64,000 nucleotides of DNA from Candidatus Caldarchaeum sp. (GCA_038844785.1 JAWBRA010000009.1:1-64000), one strand, 5' to 3'. Shown: positions 9,486 to 18,267, counted from the stretch's first letter. The notes: a model not told the origin generated them from the letters alone. Numbers and translations: made by a program.

Positions 9486-10865
9486 CTAACCTAGTAGCTC
9501 GATGACCTCTGCGGGATACCGCCATGTTCCGATGTCTTTAAAAACGTATTTCCCATCTACAAGCCTGTACCGCCATATAGTATAGTCGGAGCCTCTGGCG
9601 TCGCCGTATTCGTCGAAGGCTTTGTATCCCGTCACCCCTATGTATCTCTCGCCCGCTATGGGTAAAGCGTTTCTGACCGCGTCGGCATCGTATTTCCCTG
9701 CGTAGAGGATTGAAAGGGCTGCCAGCCAGACCGCGTCGTAGGTGAAGTAGGCGTATGGAGATGGGTCTCGGCCGAACCGGGCTTTGTAGTCGGCTTCAAA
9801 CTTTGCGGCCAATGGACCTCCCCTAGGAGAGGCGAAAACACCGGTTAACTTGACTTTGTTGAGAAACTCCGCTATCTCTGCTGTGGCCCTTCCATCGGGA
9901 GCTGGAAGGTATGCGGCAGGACGTCTCAACGTCTCAGAACCATACCATCTAACCTTGGAGAGCGTCGCGTCGAGCCTTGCATGACCAAGTATGTTGAGCC
10001 CATCGTCCTCGAAAGCGATTATAAAAACAGCTGTTTGCTGGTCTGCTCCAAGCTCGGACACCATCGAGCTGAGCCTGGAGACTTCAGCAGCGTAGTCAGG
10101 CTGTCCCACAGTGTAGAGAAGCTTTACAACTCTTCCGCCGTATTTTTCGACAAACACCTTTTCGAAAGCGTCCGCAAGCCCTTTACCGTAATCGTCGTTC
10201 CTTGCGATGATTGCAACCTTCATAGCCCCTTCTTTGTTCATCAGCTGGGCTAGGACGCGGGCTTGGAACAGGTCTGTCGGAACATCTCTGAATACATAGT
10301 CTGAAGCCGCCAGCAGAGGGCTGGTTGAGGACGGGCTTATGACCACCATTTTGTTGGTGTTGACGAAGTCCATAACACCTCTTACTTCTCCAGATGAGAA
10401 CGGCCCAACCACCACCCTAATTCCAGCAGCATACATTGTCTGGATGACTTTCAAGGCGTCCGCGGCCGTTCCCTTGGTGTCGTCGTGAACGAACTTGAAC
10501 CTCACTGGCGAACCGATTGATTCTAGGTAGGCGTTTATATGGTCTATTGCTAGAATGCCGCCGTCTCTCCTGACTGGGCCGTCAACGGCGTAGGGGCCGC
10601 TCACAGCCATCGCAAACCCAATCGTGTACTCAACACGTGTGGGAACAGCAGTAATGGTTACAAACTGGGTAGCTGTTTGTGTTGTTAAAGCTGTTCTGAC
10701 GACGGTTACTGTACCGGCTTCAACAGTTCTTATCAGGGTTAAGGTCTGAACCACAGCAGGCCCGGTTGTTACGAGATATCCGAGAATGCCCGCCAAAACC
10801 AGTATTATGATTATCAGAGCGGAAACCAACGGCGTTATACGAGCCTGAGCTTTTTCACCGCTCAT
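9486..10865 (-). CDS. Liv-type ABC substrate-binding protein, membrane-anchored
   Basis: Likely start at MSGEKAQ (10865), with a TATA-like element just upstream. One TM helix, a Thr-rich linker and a type-1 periplasmic binding fold (ISPSSTSPLL, YDAV). Confidence 0.88.
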   Translation of the reverse strand: MSGEKAQARITPLVSALIIIILVLAGILGYLVTTGPAVVQTLTLIRTVEAGTVTVVRTALTTQTATQFVTITAVPTRVEYTIGFAMAVSGPYAVDGPVRRDGGILAIDHINAYLESIGSPVRFKFVHDDTKGTAADALKVIQTMYAAGIRVVVGPFSSGEVRGVMDFVNTNKMVVISPSSTSPLLAASDYVFRDVPTDLFQARVLAQLMNKEGAMKVAIIARNDDYGKGLADAFEKVFVEKYGGRVVKLLYTVGQPDYAAEVSRLSSMVSELGADQQTAVFIIAFEDDGLNILGHARLDATLSKVRWYGSETLRRPAAYLPAPDGRATAEIAEFLNKVKLTGVFASPRGGPLAAKFEADYKARFGRDPSPYAYFTYDAVWLAALSILYAGKYDADAVRNALPIAGERYIGVTGYKAFDEYGDARGSDYTIWRYRLVDGKYVFKDIGTWRYPAEVIELLG

Positions 10866-11190
10866 TTCACTTGTATTAAGTGGTGGGATAATATATCTTT
10901 TCACGGTTTTTGGTCCGAAAGTGTATTTGGCTGTCTGCGAGGTTTCGGAGACCTGTCGCCGGTCTTGATTCTGTCTCAGCGAGCTGCAGCACAAAATCTT
11001 CTTTAAATCAGCAACGGCGACCGGCAAAACGATAGCGTTCGCGTGGAAGCCTGCAGTTCAGTAAAACTATCGAAAAGTCTTTGATCCCCATGTTGTGTGA
11101 GGCTTTCGCTGTACTGATAGCAGGTCTTTCAATACTGTCGTGGATTTTTACCTTCGGAGCCCGTGCTACTTAAAATCGTTATTCAAAGCT

Positions 11191-11550
11191 TCATTTTTTC
11201 GTGAGTCTGAGTAATGTGACGAAAGCTGCTGTCAGGAAGGTTATCACTGATGGGACGAAGTTTCCGATGGCGAACAGCTGTCCTGTCCAGTTTAAGTCTA
11301 TCGAGCTTCCCTGATGGTTTAAGGCTGTCGGAGAGATGGCGATTTTTAATGTAGAGGCCTTGAAGCGCCAACCTATCATCTGGGTAAGGATGTCTTTTAC
11401 GAGAGACCGCACACCTTGACCGATGTGGATGCCCATTATGAAGGCGACGGCGAGTCCTAGAACTTCTTACTTTGACACGAACTCGTTCCACAAACCCTTT
11501 GGCGGCGGAGCGGGCTTAGACCCCCGAAAGCATCTTAATCTCCTTTTCAT
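11191..11550 (-). pseudogene. mscL: Large-conductance mechanosensitive channel MscL pseudogene
   Basis: Reads ...PPPKGLWNEFVSK*EVLGLAVAFIMG...SLVKDILTQMIG...FAIGNFVPSVITFLTAAFV, MscL TM1/TM2-like, with an in-frame TAA at 11467-11469. Confidence 0.7.
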
Positions 11551-11662
11551 ACTACGTCACATTTGGACATGAAATAATAGTTCAACTCATTTGTATTAGG
11601 GCAAGATAGTTATTTTTGACTGACGAGGATAACAGCTAAATGAACGTTCGAACAGCAAAAAC

Positions 11663-11683
11663 TGGGCCCGTAGCTCAGCCAGG
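11663..11683 (+). repeat. 21-bp direct repeat equal to the 5' end of tRNA-Lys (att-like fragment)
   Basis: TGGGCCCGTAGCTCAGCCAGG is identical to 13827-13847. Confidence 0.9.
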
Positions 11684-11804
11684 ACCTTTAAAGAATGTTT
11701 TCGCGTAGCTCTACACCCCTTAAAAACTTTATCCTCTACTCCACACTGATATACATGCGGCGCAAGTGGATGAAAGAAGAGCATATATCTCTGTCGAATT
11801 TTAT

Positions 11805-12050
11805 GGTGTGTTGGATAATTCTTGCCCCCTTCCTCCTTTATAAGCTTTCACAGGTTTAGTGGTGGTAGCATTTCCATGAACCGGTTGTGTAGGTATGCCT
11901 TCCACCCTATCTCCTGTACCATGTTATCCCATTTCCTTAACGTCCTCTTTATGGAGGAGAAGGTTGACTCGCCATCCATCTGTAGCCGTAACTCTTATCA
12001 GACCCCCACCTCCTATAGTCCATCTGCTCTATTACAGGGTTCTCCGGGTT
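11805..12050 (-). mobile_element. Degraded IS5-family (IS903-like) transposase C-terminus with terminal IR
   Basis: Minus strand reads ...SYGYRWMA/ESTFSSIKRTL-RKWDNMVQEIGWKAYLHNRF... with a frameshift and an apparent internal deletion. GGTGTGTTGGATAA at 11805 resembles the IS903-type IR GGCTTTGTTGAATAA. Confidence 0.65.
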
Positions 12051-12826
12051 TTGCCGCCGCTGGGTTCATTTCCCCATCAGGTTTAGGATGTTTAAAGCGT
12101 TTTCGGGACAGTATAGGAAACACCACCTATCCGCTTAAATCCATGCTTGTTTTATGTTGTTGTGATGAACGGGACGATGGTCCCGTGAAGGGGTTGAATT
12201 CCTGAGGCCATCCCCTCCAGGCGTGAGGGGGTGTGAAAACATAGAGTCGTCCCCGCGAACACGCATAGGAAAACTCCGCCAAAAACAAACCCTCACCCAA
12301 CCCGCCGTAGAAGGCGGCCACCCCTTTCTAAATGCTGTGGGGTGGCTGGGAGGGTTTGGCTGGAAACTGGGCCTTGGCGCGGCCACTGGGTTGGCGGACG
12401 TGCGGTAGGGAGACAGACGACGTATGAAGGCTGTCTGGACAATGCTGGACGACGTTCTCCACATCCATTCCACTTATGTTTCTCAGACACCATGGGGGTG
12501 TTTGAGAGGGTTTGTGGATGGATGCTGGAGACACGAAGACACAGGATAAGGTTCAGAGGCTTCCGAAGATATACCCTCACCCACGGTCTGGTGGCTTGCT
12601 TGAGGGGGTTTTCCACGGCCTCACAGGCCGCCCTCCCCAACCTCCACAAATGGGGAGGGGTATGAGCTGTTCCTCCCAAGCCAAGCCACCGGGCTTGCAG
12701 GTGGCTGAAGCCTGCTCCCCGGCGCGTAAAACGACAGGGGGGCGGGGGATGGTGTGGAAGGCCGCCAGCCCCCCGCAAGGCTTAGGCCTCCTGAAAAATG
12801 GTGGAAGGGGTTGGGATGACAGATAG

Positions 12827-12855
12827 CCCGAAAAGAGGCTTATAAACCTCTCGGG
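12827..12855 (+). promoter_or_regulatory. BRE/TATA promoter inside an inverted repeat, upstream of the IS110-like gene
   Basis: CCCG-AAA-AGAGG-CTTATAAA-CCTCT-CGGG; the TATA box lies about 20 nt upstream of the inferred start. Confidence 0.5.
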
Positions 12856-12861
12856 AGAGAA

Positions 12862-13643
12862 TTAAGAAGGTTCTACGTCGATGTTCACACGTCGGCAAAC
12901 GGCAAACGTAGAGCGAGGCCGCATGTTGTCTTCGACGGACACCACTGTGTTAGGACGGCTCGTCTTGTTGACGTTCCTGCAGCCGAAGGCGATGAGGTTT
13001 AAGTCGACGTCATACCTTCAACCATTTATGACGATGTTTTGGCGCTGCTGGGCCGTGGTGTTAGGGTTTTCAGGCTGAAGAGGACAGACCTTCTAACCGC
13101 TTACAGAGAAAGGCTGTCGCTTGCTAAGAGCCACGAAAACGATGCCAGAGCATTATCCATGATGGATACAAATTGTTTCACGGACGTTACCGCAGACTAC
13201 ATCGAGCTCATGAAGCTTGTCAGCGAATACAGTAAGCAGCTTCACCTTCTGAAGCTGCTGAAGCAATTTGAAGCTCCTGCAGAGGCGGTGAATCTTTTCC
13301 GCAAAAACAAGCGGAGGGTGGCATGTCAGATAATAAGTATGGCGACGAACACAATAAGCATATCAGGCCTTTATGCGAGACTCTCGGTTTATCAGATGAC
13401 TCTCTATGGTAAGGTTGCTCTCGCAGACCTCCTTCTACACGTAGACTTTACGGCTAAGCTGAGAAGCATTCTATGCTACGTAGGACTATACAAACCAAAC
13501 AACGGCAAATACAACCATCGAATGAAACAGGCTATCCAATCCCTAGCAATCAGCCACTACAGAAAACACAGAGTTAAAGCCAGAGAAGCCGACAACTACT
13601 GAAGAAAATCAAGAACTACGCCAGAGCTGGAGTCCCGGCCTGA
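12862..13643 (+). pseudogene. Compact IS110/Tas-like recombinase or nuclease pseudogene (RuvC-like DEDD domain, coiled coil, Nop-like C-terminus)
   Basis: One frame reads LRRFYVDVH...HVVFDG...EV*VD...LLGRGVRVFRL...KSHENDARAL...ILCYVGLYKP...YNHRMK. KSHENDA corresponds to the IS110 KxDxxDA motif. Lesions: TTA at the start position, TAA at 13000-13002, and a frameshift near 13590 (alternative frame QLLKKIKNYARAGVPA*). About 260 codons. Confidence 0.7.
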
Positions 13644-13765
13644 CAGCGGGGAAAAACCGGATGAAAACCGGGCAATAGAGCACTGAACGCCTTTACGGCG
13701 ATTTAAAAGCCAATGCACGGTCTTCGTCCGGCTTCTCAGACGTTGTCAGATGACGGGCCTCCAGC
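13626..13765 (+). ncRNA. Putative bridge/seek/tigRNA-like guide RNA (long imperfect hairpin)
   Basis: Nested stems GCTGGAG/CTCCAGC, CCCG/CGGG, CTGACAGCG/CGTTGTCAG (G-U), CCGGATGAA/TTCGTCCGG (G-U), ACCG/CGGT, GCA/TGC and apical CGCC/GGCG. The internal loop carries tRNA-Lys-matching segments. Confidence 0.65.
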
Positions 13766-13792
13766 CAGACTCTCTCCTCCATCTTTCCTTTC

Positions 13793-13806
13793 AAACATAT
13801 ATATTA
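13793..13806 (+). promoter_or_regulatory. TATA box for tRNA-Lys
   Basis: AAACATATATATTA, about 25-30 nt upstream of tRNA +1. Confidence 0.55.
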
Positions 13807-13827
13807 TGAGAAAATGTTGTTTTACAT

Positions 13828-13931
13828 GGGCCCGTAGCTCAGCCAGGCAGAGAAAATATTACGTAGCGTAATATTTCTGCATCACCGGGCTTTTAACCCG
13901 GGGGCCGCGGGTTCAAATCCCGCCGGGCCCG
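13828..13931 (+). tRNA. tRNA-Lys(UUU) with a 30-nt non-canonical intron at 24/25 (13853-13882)
   Basis: Acceptor GGGCCCG/CGGGCCC, anticodon arm CCGGG-CTTTTAA-CCCGG, T arm GCGGG-TTCAAAT-CCCGC. BHB-type motif: GCAG/CTGC helix, AGA and ATC bulges, 10-bp intron stem. Splicing restores the D-stem GAGC. Confidence 0.93.
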
Positions 13932-13951
13932 CATCGTTTTTCGAACTGTTT

Positions 13952-15289
13952 TCATTCCGCTATCTCCTCCAAAGCTTTGCCTTTCGTCTCGATGCCTAGC
14001 AGAAGAACCGCAGCCGCTCCTGAAAGATGGGTCAGCGAGAAGACTGTGAACGCCGCCGGCAAGCCTCCTGAAACGTACAGCAGCGGTGTGGCTGTGGGAG
14101 CTATTATACCCGCGACTCGTCCTATGCTTGCTGCCGCGCCTGCGCCTGTGCCCCTAATACGGGTTGGATACAGCTCCGGGGTGTATGCATACAAGGCTGA
14201 CCAAGCTCCAAGGTTGAAGAAGGATACAACAACGCTCCATAGCAGTATTTCCATCGGCGTTGCTGCCATACCGAGTAAGGCGCTTCCCACGCTTGCTGCC
14301 GTTAGATAAACGGCTGCTACCGGCTTTCTACCCAACCGGTCTAACAGAAAGGCAGCGCTGTAGTAGCCTGGAACCTGTGCAAGGGTAACTATCAGAACCC
14401 ATTCGATAGACCTGACCACAGTTAGGCCAAGCTCTCTGACGTAGAAGGTTGGAAGCCATATGAAGATTCCGTGATACGTGTAAACCAAAACGGCCCACAT
14501 TATCCATAGCACGAGTGTTCTCCTCCAGTAGTCTCGAGACCAAAGCTCTTTCAAAGCCTCTAAAATGCTGTACCTGGGACGCGTCGGTTTTTCCGAGCTG
14601 GTTTCTTCAAGGCTCTCTAAAACTAGGCCATGCTTTCGGAGCAGATCCACGACCTCCTTCGCTCTTCCCTTGAGCTGCAAATATCTTAACGACTCGGGCG
14701 CATAGACGAGGACTAAAGGGATGAGGAAAAGCGGCACGAGCGCGACGAGGAAGGTGAGACGCCATCCAAAGGCTGGGAATAGGAGGTATGGGAAGGCCAG
14801 CAAGAGCAGGGCTCCGTATACCCACGAGGTTTCAACCAGCCGTAGGAAACGCCCCCTATATCTGGCTGGCACGTACTCCGAGACATAAACGCCAGGCTGG
14901 GGCAAAGAGCCTCCGAGGCCTATTCCAGCCAAAAACCTGAGAATGGCGAGGGATGCCGGGTCCGGTGCGATGGAGTTGAGGGCTGTGAAGACGGTCATTA
15001 TCAGAAGGGTGAGAAGGAGTGTTTTCTTCCTGCCTATGATGTCTGCGAGAATGCCGCATGATATAGCGCCGACGAACATGCCTAGATAGCCAGCGCTCAA
15101 GAGAAGCCCTGACACCAATGGCTGCTGTTCAAGCTTAAACTCTGCTATTATAGACGGCAGGACCGCGGCTATGAGCATAACGTTCATTGCGGTAAAACAG
15201 TAGACGAGGCTGCCCAGCAGAAGAAGCTGGTAGTGAAAACGGGAGAGCGAAACCCTGTCTAGAAAGTCGACTGAGCGGCTTTTTCCCAT
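13952..15289 (-). CDS. MFS transporter (NiaP/aromatic acid:H+ symporter-like)
   Basis: 12 TM, GILADIIGRK, RFLAGIGLG, PESLRYL, ELYPTRIRG, ETKG. Confidence 0.88.
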   Translation of the reverse strand: MGKSRSVDFLDRVSLSRFHYQLLLLGSLVYCFTAMNVMLIAAVLPSIIAEFKLEQQPLVSGLLLSAGYLGMFVGAISCGILADIIGRKKTLLLTLLIMTVFTALNSIAPDPASLAILRFLAGIGLGGSLPQPGVYVSEYVPARYRGRFLRLVETSWVYGALLLLAFPYLLFPAFGWRLTFLVALVPLFLIPLVLVYAPESLRYLQLKGRAKEVVDLLRKHGLVLESLEETSSEKPTRPRYSILEALKELWSRDYWRRTLVLWIMWAVLVYTYHGIFIWLPTFYVRELGLTVVRSIEWVLIVTLAQVPGYYSAAFLLDRLGRKPVAAVYLTAASVGSALLGMAATPMEILLWSVVVSFFNLGAWSALYAYTPELYPTRIRGTGAGAAASIGRVAGIIAPTATPLLYVSGGLPAAFTVFSLTHLSGAAAVLLLGIETKGKALEEIAE

Positions 15290-15395
15290 GTTCTGTTAGA
15301 AATTTTTCACAACACTTAAAAAAGGTTTACCTCCAACGCAAGTCTTCTAAGACGCGTTGTTTAGAAACAAATAAAAAATTAGGGTTGTTATGGTT

Positions 15396-16715
15396 TTAAG
15401 CTCTTATCGCTTCTCCAACTTCTGCCAGATGCCTTAGCGGTGGGCCGACGTAAATCTGACGTGGCCTGACTATCCTCTGTTCTTGGTCGAGTATCTGTTC
15501 CTGCCACTGGGCTAGCCAGCCAGCCATCCTAGCTATGGCGAAGAGGACGGTGAACATGTCGGTCGGGAAGCCCATGGCTTCGTAGATTATGCCCGAGTAG
15601 AAGTCGACGTTGGGGTAAAGCCTTCTCGAGACGAAGTACTCGTCGTCGAGAGCAACCCTCTCCAGCTCAAGGGCTATGTCGATCAACGGGTTTTTGCCAG
15701 TAACTTCAAAGACCTTGTATGCTAAGTTCTTGATTATCTTAGCCCGCGGGTCATAAGCCTTGTATATCCTGTGCCCAAAACCCATCAGCCTCCTAGCCCC
15801 GCTTTTCACCTCCTTAATGATTTGGGGAACTTTCTCGACGCTTCCTATCTCCTTAAGCATTTTCACAACCTCCTCGCTGGCACCGCCGTGCAACGGTCCA
15901 TACAAAGCAGCTGCGGCGGCCGCTGCCGCGCTGAACGGGTCTCCGTGAGCGCTTCCCACAGCCCTCATCACGTTGGCGCTGCAGTTCTGCTCATGGTCTG
16001 CGTGAAGGACAAACAACGTGTCAAGAGCCTCCGCCAAGACGGGGTCTGGCTCATACCTCATGTTAGGCGCAGGCCTGAAGACCATGTTGAGGAAGTTGGC
16101 TGTGTAGCTTAGGTCGTTGTCGGGATAAATGTAGGGCTGGCCTCTTGAATGACGGTATGCGTAGGCGGCTATAGTGGGAGTTTTAGCGAGAAGCCGCCAT
16201 ATCTGCTTCTGCCTTACCTCGGGGTCGAATATCCTCCTGCATTCGGGGTAGAATGTGGAGAGGGCTGCAAGCGTTCCCACCAAAATCCCCATCGGATGGG
16301 CGTCGTGATGGAATCCGTCCATGAACTTCTTTATGTTTTCATGAATCATCGTGTGGTGAGTTATGTTGTAGACCCATTCTTCTAGCTGTGACTTTGTTGG
16401 CAGCTCGCCGTAAATCAGCAGGAACGCAACCTCTAAGTATGGTTTTCTACCAGCGAGCTCCTCAATAGGATACCCCCTATACCTAAGTATTCCTCTCTCT
16501 CCATCGATGTATGTTATTGCGCTTTTGACCATTGCTGTGTTCATGAGTCCTGGGTCATAGGAGAGGAGTCCAAAATCTTCTTCGCTGACCTTTATCTTCC
16601 TCAGGTCAGAAGCCATGATGGCTCCATGTTCGATCGGTAAATCGTATTTTTTTCCAGTCCTGTTATCTATAATGGTCAGAGAATCCAACTTCTTCTCACA
16701 TATATTACAAGACAA
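15396..16715 (-). CDS. gltA: Citrate synthase
   Basis: LHADHEQN, GPLHGGA, LMGFGHRIYK, YPNVDFYSG. Confidence 0.95.
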   Translation of the reverse strand: MSCNICEKKLDSLTIIDNRTGKKYDLPIEHGAIMASDLRKIKVSEEDFGLLSYDPGLMNTAMVKSAITYIDGERGILRYRGYPIEELAGRKPYLEVAFLLIYGELPTKSQLEEWVYNITHHTMIHENIKKFMDGFHHDAHPMGILVGTLAALSTFYPECRRIFDPEVRQKQIWRLLAKTPTIAAYAYRHSRGQPYIYPDNDLSYTANFLNMVFRPAPNMRYEPDPVLAEALDTLFVLHADHEQNCSANVMRAVGSAHGDPFSAAAAAAAALYGPLHGGASEEVVKMLKEIGSVEKVPQIIKEVKSGARRLMGFGHRIYKAYDPRAKIIKNLAYKVFEVTGKNPLIDIALELERVALDDEYFVSRRLYPNVDFYSGIIYEAMGFPTDMFTVLFAIARMAGWLAQWQEQILDQEQRIVRPRQIYVGPPLRHLAEVGEAIRA

Positions 16716-17154
16716 GCCACAACTTTAACCCTTACACCGTGAGACAGACCCGACATGTTATGTTCGATGGATAGCGAACGTCGAAACATCCGCCGCCACC
16801 AGTCAATAAAAGTAATAAAGACTTTATACGACGAGCCTGTGAATAAAACCATGGGAAGAGTTTTCAGCGAACGCTGTTACGTCAATTTATAGTCTTGCAT
16901 TCCGTTGGTTAGCTGCCATGTGTCTGTGAAAAACCTTCTTCACCGCCGTCGTCTCTGCAAACACGCTACTGGATGTTCGACCGCCTACCCTCGCTGAAGG
17001 GGTGTGTAGGGTTAGGGCGCCGAGAAGGTAAAAGCAAAAGCTTTCTGTAGCAGAGTGTAAGGCTGTGTGAAAATGCTTGCAGCATCCTTTCTGCAACAAC
17101 GTCGTTGTAGGACGATAAAGCTTAACATGGATTGTTCCTTCAACAATTAAAGAA

Positions 17155-18267
17155 TTGAGACTTTCTAGGCGTAATCTGTTGGTTGGGGCTGCTTCTGCGG
17201 GAGCGCTAATGGCTGCAGCGTTTCTTTTTCCAAGACGGTCTGAGGCGCCCTCCATCCTGCAGGTTGAGACTGTTGCTGAAAACCTTAGAGTGCCGTGGTC
17301 GATTTCTTTCGTCAGCGGTGACGAAGCTCTTTTCACGGAAAGGCATGGTTCTGTGAAACTGCTCACGCTTAGCAGTCAGAGAGTTGAGGAAGTAGGTTTT
17401 ATCGATGTTTCCGCTGTTGGCGAAGGTGGGTTGCTGGGTTTGGAGACTGTGAGAAAAGGCCGAAACACAGAGGTCTACCTATACTACACATACAACGCTG
17501 GAGGAATGCTTTTCAACAAGGTAGTGAAAACGGTTTACAACGGAGCTCTCGAAGACAAAACCGACTTGATCACAAACATTCCTGGGGGAGTGGTTCATAA
17601 CGGTGGGAGAATCAAGCTTGGTCCAGACGGGATGCTTTACATCACCACGGGTGAAGGAGGGCGGCCAAGACATTCTCAAGACCTCGGGTCGCTGGGAGGC
17701 AAGATACTTAGAGCTACGTTGGACGGGAAAATACCCGTCGATAACCCGTTTAAAACCTTGGTCTACGCTTATGGGTTGAGAAACCCTCAGGGCATTGCGT
17801 GGCATAAAGGGTCTAACACGTTGTTCTGCACCGACCACGGGCCTTCGGGGGAAGGGCTACGTTATGCACACGATGAAGTAAACATCGTTGTGGCGGGTGG
17901 AAACTACGGCTGGCCTGAGGTTATAGGCGACGAGGCTGGGCCTGGGTTCATAAAACCTTTGATTCACAGCGGGCTGGAGACATGGGCTCCTTCCGGATGC
18001 TGTTTTTACAATTCGGAGGAGATACGCGAATGGTCAGGCTCGTTCCTGTTCGCAGCCCTCAGAGGACAGCACCTGCACCAAATAATTTTGGGCGGGGAAA
18101 ACACCGTAGCAAAACATTCCAAGCTGTTCGACGGTTTATACGGAAGGCTGAGAGATGTTGTCGAAGGGCCCGACGGCGCGTTATACGTCTTAACGAGTAA
18201 CAGAGACGGAAGAGGTTCTCCAACCGCTGAGGATGACAGGATCCTGCGGATATCTGCTAGGTCTTGA
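17155..18267 (+). CDS. PQQ-dependent aldose sugar dehydrogenase (YliI/Asd type), Tat signal
   Basis: SRRNLL twin-arginine motif, HNGGRI, YGLRNPQG, GNYGWP, GRLRDV. Confidence 0.88.
   Translation: MRLSRRNLLVGAASAGALMAAAFLFPRRSEAPSILQVETVAENLRVPWSISFVSGDEALFTERHGSVKLLTLSSQRVEEVGFIDVSAVGEGGLLGLETVRKGRNTEVYLYYTYNAGGMLFNKVVKTVYNGALEDKTDLITNIPGGVVHNGGRIKLGPDGMLYITTGEGGRPRHSQDLGSLGGKILRATLDGKIPVDNPFKTLVYAYGLRNPQGIAWHKGSNTLFCTDHGPSGEGLRYAHDEVNIVVAGGNYGWPEVIGDEAGPGFIKPLIHSGLETWAPSGCCFYNSEEIREWSGSFLFAALRGQHLHQIILGGENTVAKHSKLFDGLYGRLRDVVEGPDGALYVLTSNRDGRGSPTAEDDRILRISARS

Noticed and set aside
10866-11027. N-terminal extension of the substrate-binding ORF
   Set aside because: A TATA-like element and the TM position favour the 10865 start.
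11664-11740. Split or trans-spliced tRNA half
   Set aside because: No complementary leader or BHB partner is visible in the window; it is better explained as an att-like remnant.
11822-12826. Many overlapping 60-160 aa ORFs
   Set aside because: No recognisable motifs; they are antisense to the IS5 relic or arise from GC-rich sequence.
12881-13078. 65-aa ORF
   Set aside because: Off-frame overlap of the IS110-like pseudogene N-terminus.
13626-13765. Simple terminator, MITE, or CRISPR/TIGR array
   Set aside because: It is too long, with internal loops and no U-tract; only one unit is present; no tandem repeat-spacer array was seen anywhere in the window.
16716-17154. Long intergenic region and 159-aa minus-strand ORF
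   Set aside because: The ORF is largely antisense to the PQQ dehydrogenase gene, and no convincing RNA structure was found.
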